A stretch of 64,000 nt of DNA from Raillietiella orientalis (lineage: Eukaryota). The translations under genes were made by a program, and so were the position numbers. The notes beneath the pieces were generated by a model, which worked only from the letters and a program-made list of their open reading frames with translations, did no database searches and was not told the origin of the DNA. Location: NCBI GenBank assembly GCA_036172245.1, contig JAYWIR010000045.1:1426001-1490000 (forward strand). The letters run 5' to 3'. Shown in pieces: positions 25,901 to 36,295 of this stretch. The stretch's first letter is position 1. Each line of letters begins with the position of its first letter.

Positions 25901-28900
25901 TGTCGGAGTACAAGGAGTTCCGCGGGGAGCGTGCTCCGCTGATCGTGCACCCGGACAATCTGCTGGTGGACGGCAGCTTTTCCGGTACGACGACGACCGT
26001 GGAGGCGTACCAGGGCTCTCGCGGGGAACGCGAGAAGCCGGTGCGTCCATCGGACAACCTGAAGAGCGAGGGCGAGTTCGTCGTCGGCCGGACGGTGGCC
26101 CAGAGCGACTTCCGGGAGTTTCGCGCGGACAGATCTGCGCGCGTGGTACACTCGGACACGCTGAAGCTGGAGCTGCTGGCGAAGAGCCGTACGAGCGAAG
26201 ACTACAAGGCGTCCCCCGTGCAGGCACGCGAGCACCCGGCTGCCCACGAAGACAACCTTCGAACGGAAGGCCCCTCGAGGGACAGTCGGTTTCGATGACG
26301 GAGTACCGGGAGTACCGCGGGGAGCGTGCTGCCCGTGTGGTTCACGGTGACCACCTGAAGGTTGAAGGCGACTTCGTGGGAGTGAGCAGCGCGTCGATGG
26401 ACTACGCCGCTCCGCAGCCGAGCCCCCGGGACAAGCCGAAGCGACGTGAGGACAACCTGAAGGTGGAAGGGGATTTCTCCCCGGTGTCGGTGGCGCGGAG
26501 CGAGTACCGGGAGTGCCAGGGAGACCGAGCGCCGCGGGTGGTGCACGCGGACCATCTGAAGCCGGAAGGCGACTTCGTGGCGCGGAGCACGTCCAGAGAG
26601 GACTTCAAGGAGAAACGTCGCGGCGACAGGGAGAAGGCGAAACGTCACCGGGACAACCTGAAGCTGGAAGGCGACTTCACCGGGGAGTCTGTGTCGCGGA
26701 GCGAGTTCAAGGAGGTGCGCGGGGATACAGCCGCGCGCGTGCCGCACCCTGACCACTTGGCGCCGGAGGGCGAGATGTCCACGACGACGAGCAGCCGTTC
26801 GGACTACAAGGAGGTGTCTGTGCGCCGGGAGTTGCCGAAGCGCCACGAGGACCATCTGAAGCCGGAAGGCTCCTTCGAAGGGCAGTCGGTTTCGAAGGCG
26901 GAGTACCAGGAGTGCCAGGGAGAGCGCGCCGCTCGAGTGGTGCACCCGGATCAGCTGAAGACGGAAGGAGAGTTTAGCGGCGTGAGCAGCACGAGCGCCG
27001 ACTTCCGCCCGATGGTGTCTACCCCGCGAGCGAAACCGAAACCCCACGAAGATCACCTGAGGACGGAGGGGCCGTTCGTCGGAGAGACGGTGGCCATGTC
27101 GGAGTACAAGGAGTTCCGCGGGGAGCGTGCTCCGCTGATCGTGCACCCGGACAATCTGCTGGTGGACGGCAGCTTTTCCGGTACGACGACGACCGTGGAG
27201 GCGTACCAGGGCTCTCGCGGGGAACGCGAGAAGCCGGTGCGTCCATCGGACAACCTGAAGAGCGAGGGCGAGTTCGTCGTCGGCCGGACGGTGGCCCAGA
27301 GCGACTTCCGGGAGTTTCGCGCGGACAGATCTGCGCGCGTGGTACACTCGGACACGCTGAAGCTGGAAGGGGAGCTGCTGGCGAAGAGCCGTACGAGCGA
27401 AGACTACAAGGCGTCCCCCGTGCAGGCACGCGAGCACCCGGCTGCCCACGAAGACAACCTTCGAACGGAAGGCCCCTTCGAGGGACAGTCGGTTTCGATG
27501 ACGGAGTACCGGGAGTACCGCGGGGAGCGTGCTGCCCGTGTGGTTCACGGTGACCACCTGAAGGTTGAAGGCGACTTCGTGGGAGTGAGCAGCGCGTCGA
27601 TGGACTACGCCGCTCCGCAGCCGAGCCCCCGGGACAAGCCGAAGCGACGTGAGGACAACCTGAAGGTGGAAGGGGATTTCTCCCCGGTGACGGTGGCGCG
27701 GAGCGAGTACCGGGAGTGCCAGGGAGACCGAGCGCCGCGGGTGGTGCACGCGGACCATCTGAAGCCGGAAGGCGACTTCGTGGCGCGGAGCACGTCCAGA
27801 GAGGACTTCAAGGAGAAACGTCGCGGCGACAGGGAGAAGGCGAAACGTCACCGGGACAACCTGAAGCTGGAAGGCGACGTCACCGGGGAGTCTGTGTCGC
27901 GGAGCGAGTTCAAGGAGGTGCGCGGGGATACAGCCGCGCGCGTGCCGCACCCTGACCACTTGGCGCCGGAGGGCGAGATGTCCACGACGACGAGCAGCCG
28001 TTCGGACTACAAGGAGGTGTCTGTGCGCCGGGAGTTGCCGAAGCGCCACGAGGACCACCTGAAGCCGGAAGGCTCCTTCGAAGGGCAGTCGGTTTCGAAG
28101 GCGGAGTACCAGGAGTGCCAGGGAGAGCGCGCCGCTCGAGTGGTGCACCCGGATCAGCTGAAGACGGAAGGAGAGTTTAGCGGCGTGAGCAGCACGAGCG
28201 CCGACTTCCGCCCGATGGTGTCTACCCCGCGAGCGAAACCGAAACCCCACGAAGATCACCTGAGGACGGAGGGGCCGTTCGTCGGAGAGACAGTGGCCAT
28301 GTCGGAGTACAAGGAGTTCCGCGGGGAGCGTGCTCCGCTGATCGTGCACCCGGACAACCTGCTGGTGGACGGCAGCCTTTCCGGGTACGACGACGACCGT
28401 GGAGGCGTACCAGCCCTCGCGGGGAACGCGAGAAGCCGGTGCGTCCATCGGACAACCTGAAGAGCGAGGGCGAGTTCGTCGTCGGCCGGACGGTGGCCCA
28501 GAGCGACTTCCGGGAGTTTCGCGCGGACAGATCTGCGCGCGTGGTACACTCGGACACGCTGAAGCTGGAAGGGGAGCTGCTGGCGAAGAGCCGTACGAGC
28601 GAAGACTACAAGGCGTCCCCCGTGCAGGCACGCGAGCACCCGGCTGCCCACGAAGACAACCTTCGAACGGAAGGCCCCTTCGAGGGACAGTCGGTTTCGA
28701 TGACGGAGTACCGGGAGTACCGCGGGGAGCGTGCTGCCCGTGTGGTTCACGGTGACCACCTGAAGGTTGAAGGCACTTCGTGGGAGGAGCGCGTCGATGG
28801 ACTACGCCGCTCCGCAGCCGAGCCCCCTGGGACAAGCCGAAGCGACGTGAGGACGGATCAGCGCGGCGGATTTCTCCCGTCGCGCTGTGGCGCGGAGCAG

Positions 28901-31630
28901 CACCGGGAGTGCCAGGGGAGACCGAGCGCCGCGGGTGGTGCACGCGGACCATCTGAAGCCGGAAGGCGACTTCGTGGCGCAGGAGCACGTCCAGAGAGGA
29001 CTTCAAGGAGAAACGTCGCGGCGGACAGGGAGAAGGCGAAACGTCACCGGGACAACCTGAAGCTGGAAGGCGACTTCTACCGGGGAGTCTGTGTCGCGGA
29101 GCGAGTTCAAGGAGGTGCGCGGGGATACAGCCGCGCGCGTGCCGCACCCTGACCACTTGGCGCCGGAGGGCGAGATGTCCACGACGACGAGCAGCCGTTC
29201 GGACTACAAGGAGGTGTCTGTGCGCCGGGAGTTGCCGAAGCGCCACGAGGACCACCTGAAGCCGGAAGGCTCCTTCGAAGGGCAGTCGGTTTCGAAGGCG
29301 GAGTACCAGGAGTGCCAGGGAGAGCGCGCCGCTCGAGTGGTGCACCCGGATCAGCTGAAGACGGAAGGAGAGTTTAGCGGCGTGAGCAGCACGAGCGCTG
29401 ACTTCCGCCCGATGGTGTCTACCCCGCGAGCGAAACCGGAAACCCCACGAAGCTGATCATCGGAGGACGGAGGGGCCGTTCGTCGGAGAGACGGTGGCCA
29501 TGTCGGAGTACAAGGAGTTCCGCGGGGAGCGTGCTCCGCTGATCGTGCACCCGGACAATCTGCTGGTGGACGGCAGCTTTTCCGGTACGACGACGACCGT
29601 GGAGGCGTACCAGGGCTCTCGCGGGGAACGCGAGAAGCCGGTGCGTCCATCGGACAACCTGAAGAGCGAGGGCGAGTTCGTCGTCGGCCGGACGGTGGCC
29701 CAGAGCGACTTCCGGGAGTTTCGCGCGGACAGATCTGCGCGCGTGGTACACTCGGACACGCTGAAGCTGGAAGGGGAGCTGCTGGCGAAGAGCCGTACGA
29801 GCGAAGACTACAAGGCGTCCCCCGTGCAGGCACGCGAGCACCCGGCTGCCCACGAAGACAACCTTCGAACGGAAGGCCCCTTCGAGGGACAGTCGGTTTC
29901 GATGACGGAGTACCGGGAGTACCGCGGGGAGGTGTCGCCCGTGTGGTTCACGAAGACCACCTGAAGGTTGAAGGCGACTTCGTGGGAGTGAGCAGCGCGT
30001 CGATGGACTACGCCGCTCCGCAGCCGAGCCCCCGGGACAAGCCGCCGAAGGATGCGAGGACAACCTGAAGGTGGAAGGGATTTTCCCGGTGTCGGTGGCG
30101 CGGAGCGAGTACCGGGAGTGCCAGGGAGACCGAGCGCCGCGGGTGGGTGCACGCGGACCATCTGAAGCCGGAAGGCGATTCTGTGGCGCAGAGCACGTCC
30201 AGAGAGGACTTCAAGGAGAAACGTCGCGGCGACAGGGAGAAGGCGAAACGTCACCGGGACAACCTGAAGCTGGAAGGCGACTTCACCGGGGAGTCTGTGT
30301 CGCGGAGCTAGTTCAAGGAGGTGCGCGGCGATGCAGCATCGCGCGTGCCGCACCCTGACCACTTGGCGCTGGAAGGCGAGATGGCCACGACGACGAGCAG
30401 CCGCTCGGACCACAAGGAGGTGTCTGTGCGCCGGGAGTTGCCAAAGCGCCACGAGGACCACCTGAGCCGGAAGGCTCCTTCGAAGGGCNNNNNNNNNNNN
30501 NNNNNNNNNNNNNNNNNNNNNNNNNNNNNNNNNNNNNNNNNNNNNNNNNNNNNNNNNNNNNNNNNNNNNNNNNNNNNNNNNNNNNNNGTGAGCACGTTGC
30601 TCAGGTGGTGCATGCTGGCGAGCTGAAAGCGGATGGCTTTGCTCTGGGTTTAGATAAGTCGGTTGTTTTGAAGGGTGAGTCAAAATCTCAGCTGAATGGT
30701 GTTGGTTCGAGTTCAATTGGGAGTTTGAATGCGGTAAAGTGCAATGTGATGGGAGGTAAAGTTTCGCTTTCGAAATGTGTGAAGAAAACTGTTGCTGATA
30801 AGGAGGTTCCGTGTTCGGCTGAAGTTGTTGATTCTCATCGTGTGAGGGATATTGGTGGAGTGGATGTTCCGGATAGTATGGTTTCGAATTGTGGTGCTTC
30901 TGCTAGTGTGTTGTCTGTTGCTTCCATTGTATCGAAGGTTCCTGTGGATGATGCGAGAGCTATGTATGTTTCTGATTCGCCTTCGAGCTGTGCCTCTGTG
31001 GATAAGATTTCGATTTCTCAGTCTGGGAAAGGTGTGGATAATATTCGTGTTGGTTATAAAAGTAGTGCTTATTTAAATCGGTCACTACGTTCTACTCCTT
31101 TGTTTAATAATGATGAAAGTAGAGGTGGGTTCCTTGCTAACAAAATGAGGAATACTGGAAGCTCTATCTGTTTTGATTCCTCTATTGAGGTTGTTGGTTG
31201 TGAGGTAAAGCGTTCTAATCTTTCCAGTGCTCATGTTTCCTCAAAGTCTGAAGGTTTTGAAAAGAGTTTGAGGAATTTTTCTTCTTATGGCTCTGTCACT
31301 AAATCTTGTGTTTCGTCTAAGTCTACCGAGGCGGGTCGTTCTTTAACTGTTCACTCGAGTTTGTTTGGTTCGGAACCTCATGTTAAGGAACCCTTATCTG
31401 TTTCTGGTAAGAATGGATGTTTGTCGGGGTGTGTGGATTTGAAGAAACAGGAAAATTTCCATTCATCATCAAGTACTTGGACGGATGCTGAATTTGTTAG
31501 GAAACCTAGGAAGCGTTGGGCGGAGAGTGAGAAATTTACCGAATTCTCTTTCAAATCTTCTGGATACAATGTCAGAAGTTCTTCTGAATCTTTGTTCCTG
31601 AATCCGTTTGCTGGGAAAAATTCATCCTAG
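22974..31630 (+). CDS. Giant exon of a large repeat protein with SAXO/MAP6 (STOP) Mn-like repeats; frameshifts and a gap in the array are probably partly assembly errors
   Basis: Branch-like CTAAT at about 22954 and acceptor AAG at 22971-22973. Consecutive + ORFs (23009..25102, 24820..26298, 26295..28460, 28439..29152, 29091..29456, 29494..29964, 30605..31630) encode the same 33-34-aa unit, consensus D[HN]LKxEGxFxGx[ST]xxxx[ED][YF]. The [ST]-x4/5-[YF] core after F-x-G resembles Mn motifs of SAXO proteins. Strong GC3 codon bias in this frame; stop TAG at 31628-31630. The family assignment is by motif recognition only. Confidence 0.75.
24063..30488 (+). repeat. Coding tandem array, 1203-bp (401-aa) period, about 5.3 copies, each made of 12 units of 33-34 aa
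   Basis: Identical shadow ORFs recur at 24118, 25317, 26513 and 27716 (spacing 1199, 1196, 1203). Unit lengths 33,34,33,34,33,33,33,34,33,33,34,34 sum to 401 aa. Copies are nearly identical at the DNA level. Confidence 0.97.
30489..30587. other. Assembly gap (99 N) at the right end of the tandem array
   Basis: Run of N read directly; the true array length is therefore unknown. Confidence 0.99.
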
Positions 31631-34585
31631 CCTTTGACTTTACCGAAATTGATTTTAGATTGGTCATCGGTGTCGTTCTGATTGGAATTTCGAATGAATC
31701 AGTTCAGCGTTTTCCCACCTCTGCGCGCGCCTCCTTTATTGAGTTACCCCTTTCGGTGTTGCCCGACTTTGTTTCCTGGAGCAATGGCTTCCAAAACAAG
31801 ATATCTACGAGGATGCGCAGCATGAAAAACGGTGCTTTCTTCGATGGGCTTGAGGCCTCTCGTGTCTGTGCTTTTTCTGCGTTTTTAAACTAATGCGACA
31901 GTTTGTTGGCGAAATTTTTGCTATGCTGTTACTGCGTTCTTTTGGGTTGCAAATGGAGAACGTGTGATTGCCATATTTACCATATTGCTCATGCAGAGGG
32001 TCGTTTCACACTTACGAAGTGTCTTGTTGGATCTTTGAATTCGGTTAGACATTTTTGTTTGTTTGTTTGTTTTTGATGTACATCATTTGTTTCAAATGCT
32101 TTATACTCCAATAAAACATTGAATATATTTTGCTTACATGGGAATTGCTCATTGCTTTTATTTTGAAATACTGAATTCCAAAATAATTTGTTTTTGCGAG
32201 TAAATGAAATTACTTTTGTTATTTTTTTTCTATTTATTTCTCCATGGTTTTTTTTCCTCGATAATGTCACTGCAAAGGATCCCTCCGCTTTGAAAATTTT
32301 TGGCACCGCCAGAATCTTCTATGCCGAAGGTCAGTCAAAGGCAGTGGGAATTATGTCCAGTGTATTATGATTATTTCGTAATTTCTTATTTTCTTTTGTT
32401 GAGTTGAGGAAACATCTCCTTATGATAACTGGCCTATGCCTCTTGCAAAATGGATTTATTATCACACTCATTAAGTCCCTTATTCTCTGTATCCATATTC
32501 CCACCGAATAATGATGATCTATAACTGTGATAATCTGTTTATTCTGCTTCGAATACAGCAGCAGGTGGTGGCAACAAAATTATTGTAATTAGGATGATAA
32601 AATGTTGAATTCTATCCACTCGTCTATCCATTGAATGTATTCGATAATAGCCATTATGCGAAATTCAGTGTAACCCGATATGTTGAGGCACTTCAACAGT
32701 CTCCATGGCGGCTTATCCGAACCTATCTGCTGTTATCTGCATTCATCGCAAACTACAAGTCCTCCCCGTCATCATCCTTTGGAGATGATTCAGCACATAT
32801 GCAAGAAATGATAATCCAGGCTTGATTTTCCGCAAAAGCATTATGTCAAGGTTTCTTCCATTTTTCAGTCTTCACCGACACCTGTGGATACTTTTTTGGT
32901 CACATTCTTCGCCTTAGCACTAGTTGCAAAGCGTGATTTTCTTTTTCTAAATATCACTCCTCTTATATTGACGAAAGCCCTCAGCCAGCTTGATTTGTTA
33001 TCCTTCTGATAATGCTGACGCTGTGCAAAATGCGGGGTTTCCAAATTCGATCTAGATATGTGTTTAATCCACAAGATGGCTGATGATAATGCATGCTGGT
33101 CGCCTATGGATTTTTCTCCCCACCAGGGGAGCTTATCCATTAGTACGCTCTTTGCCATCGCACTGAAGATTCCGATTTCGCTCCTTAAGTGCTTCTAAAT
33201 TCTCTTGGTCCGGCGGGGAGGTACATTCGAAGTCTGTTTCAGTGCTCTCTGAAATCACCTTCTCCAGATTCTTGTCTCTAAAAGCAAATCTATCAGAGAA
33301 TCCGAAGCCAAACCTACTACCAAGCGAACTGTGTGATATGAGGAATTGTCACCATCTCGGAAGGTGATTGCCAGTCTTTCCGAACGACATCAAAGCAGAT
33401 GTCATTTGGAAAGAACGACACCGGCAAGAAAGTTTATTCGGGAGTGTCTTCCCCTCATTCTGCTCTTGATTTCCATATCTCTACTGCTGCTGAGCACTCG
33501 GAGGATCCGAAAGGAACCCACATCCTCCTCAGCTTTCTGAACCGTAGTCTGGCACCCTTCTTTCGGAACTGCCCTGCTTGATGGTGTGACCTCCGATCCC
33601 CACAAACTGCACCGTCTTGCAGCTTGAGTTTCTCGCCCGGCAGTTTTATTTCTCCTCCAGAGGTTTTCTTCTTCTTGCTTGCCACAGAACAATGGAAGCT
33701 TCGCCGGAAGAGAGCTGGAAGCAGAGAACGAATAACAAAGGCGCACAAATGAAAGGACCGACGGAGCCCATTTTGGTATTCGAAGATGGAATTCCTTAAT
33801 TGTGCGTAAAAGCAAAACTTGCAAAGCGTGCAGTGGCTGCATGCTTAAAGCTTCCGGAAAAAAGCAGAATCCGAAAATGCGAAAGAATCAACCACCTGCA
33901 TCGAGGAATAAGAAGCCCAGTTTTTACTGCAACGGCCAATTAAGTGTGGGGAATTGTCGGAATTTCAAAGCATGCTTTCTGCACATTGGAACGGTAATTC
34001 ATGGTATACATTGAGAGGTTAGGAATCTGTCTCGCCCGAAGGATACAACGAACTCAAATTAATCATTTGTTCTTGACAAGTGGCACATGATCGAATAACT
34101 CACGGAGTTAAGATCAAAGACCCATCAAGAAACTGATATTGTTTGACACACACACTTGTGCAATTTCTATTGTCTTCCATAAAATTCATCTGTGCTAACA
34201 AATTCACTGTGAGAACAGTTCGCTTCAGAAGAGGAAAACATGTTACCGCCAAACTATCAAACACAACGCATCTTATTTATTTAAGTAGTCATTTTTCCTT
34301 TTTCAGCCTTCGTTGCTTACGTTGCTTTTTATTTGCTTTTCACGTGTGGTTTCATCACAATTTACAGTCATTAATGAGTCTTTCACGGGGGGATGGGAGT
34401 TCAGGATGACTTCATCTCTGGTGAGGAGCAGTAGCAACAGTATTTTTCATAGATACGGCTTATAGTTTCTTGTGATTGTTTGTCACTTGCCCGATTTTTC
34501 CATGGTCACAACCATTCCAGCAGCAATTACTGAATAGTTATTCAGTCCTACTCAGATAGGATACACACATCCTGTTTGATCTCAC

Positions 34586-34921
34586 CAGCGAATGGGGTAA
34601 AATCATAAAGGAAGCTGTTGGAATAGTCCACAAAAATCCACAAAAGCTTAGTTTCTACCTCTAGACTTGCCCCCAAAGAACTTGATTTAGGTAATATATA
34701 ATCATTTCTTGACCCATACTGTTTCCTATTTTCCAACTCTGTAGCTTTCCATGACTCCTGGGCTTCTGGGTTTAATCTCTTGAGAGAGGATCTAATCTTT
34801 TTCTAGGAAGCTAACATAGCCAAGTCTTCGATGTCATGACCATTAACGGACTTTAAGGATGTTCTTAAACCAGGATTTTATAAAGTCCCTCGAGGAATTT
34901 CAGAGAATACTCTTCAGTGAG
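34586..34921 (-). pseudogene. Exon-like fragment with in-frame stops (decayed gene copy of unknown family)
   Basis: On the - strand it follows a CCAAG acceptor and ends at a GTGAGA donor. It reads LTEEYSLKFLEGLYKILV*EHP*SPLMVMTSKTWLC*LPRKR and continues after a frame change as ...PEAQESWKATELENRKQYGSRNDY...SFLYDFTPFA. Confidence 0.25.
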
Positions 34922-35720
34922 CTTGGAATTATAGGTCTTTATAGATTTTGGAATCAAGGCAGTTGGTGCTCACCAGTCAATTCCAATACCATCCGGGCAC
35001 TTGGAAGTTCTTCGACTCCAGTTCCTCTTTTCGTTCCCTCCTATAGAGGCTCACATTCGGACATCATAGCACTCCATTTCAAAATCAGTAATACTGACTC
35101 TCATCGAGATGCAGTTACTGGAAAAGCAAGGGTTTAGTCTGACAGCACAGGCATTGACGATGAAGACAGTCGACAAGTAGGAGCAGCGATAGGACGATCG
35201 CTTCGTACATCATCATCACGTAAGAACTGCGCTAAAATGTTGAAAACTATTCTATTCTATAGTTGAAAACACCAATAATAGGGTTCCCTTTTCAGAAGCA
35301 TAACCCAGGTTTCTGAAACAGTGATTGTAATTTTTGAGAAACTTCGAGGCTCTGTGAAAGGAAATAGGATATTGCGAAAGAGTGTTTATTTCCGCATAGG
35401 CAAAGATAGTTAAAAAGTAAAAATATTACAGCCATTTGTAGGTACAAACTCTTACACTGTACAACTGGACTACTCAAACCACAACGCATATCTAAGGATC
35501 TGTTTTCTTATTTCAGCAACCATCCTTTTCAGGAAGTCTTCTCTCTACAAGCTGAACAACTGCAATGCTTATTGTAGATCGATTTTGTTACTGCAGACAG
35601 CAGATATACTGATCGTTTTAGCTGAAGCATCAGTGAATGTAAAGACTTACCAAGAAAAGGGAGCAGTTTTTTATTATTGAAAAGAAAGCCATGAGCAGAT
35701 ATGCATATGATAATTTATCC

Positions 35721-36295
35721 TTGACAAATTATTATTTTTCGTTTTTATAGTGAGTAGCATTCTGAAATTATCCATCCAATTCTCTTATTTTGATGCTCTT
35801 CAAAAATGGATTTCATTTTCCCATTATTTCAATGAATTTTTCAGTTTTTCTGCGCTTCATGGGAAGGTTGTTCAAAAATACTCGAAAGCACCAAGCTTGT
35901 TCGAACTTGAAAAGATATATTTACCACATTAACAAATGAAGCGTAATGTGGCCTGAAATTAAAAACAGCATTCCAGAATGATGCCAATCTTGGAATTCTG
36001 TGATAAAATGGTGAGAGTATTTTGCTTTTAGTTTCCATGATCGTATTCCAAAATTTGATGTTTGTAGACCTGGCAGTTCACCTCCACAAATCTTAGCAGG
36101 CCATCTGCATAAATGCTGGAGATAAACAGATCTGTTGTAGAAACAAAGTACAAAATTGTGATTCTTGAAGTCCACTGAAGCAACACGAATACGGAATGCC
36201 TTTTTCCTAGTTTTCTGAAGATCATCATAAATCTAACTTCAAAGAGGCTTTTGACAAATTATTGTTTCTCGTTATTATAGTGAGCAGCATTCTGA
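35721..36295. repeat. Pair of 45-bp imperfect direct repeats (35721-35765 and 36251-36295)
   Basis: TTGACAAATTATTATTTTTCGTTTTTATAGTGAGTAGCATTCTGA versus TTGACAAATTATTGTTTCTCGTTATTATAGTGAGCAGCATTCTGA: 41/45 identical, 530 bp apart. Confidence 0.85.

Noticed and set aside
26202..29345. 1047-aa - strand ORF and other antisense ORFs across the array
   Set aside because: Shadow frames caused by the strong GC3 bias and repetition of the + strand gene; the product is R/L/V/H-rich and has no coherent motif.
24063..30488. CRISPR-like or non-coding satellite interpretation of the array
   Set aside because: There is no constant repeat with unique spacers. The period is a multiple of three and encodes a patterned protein in a eukaryotic context.
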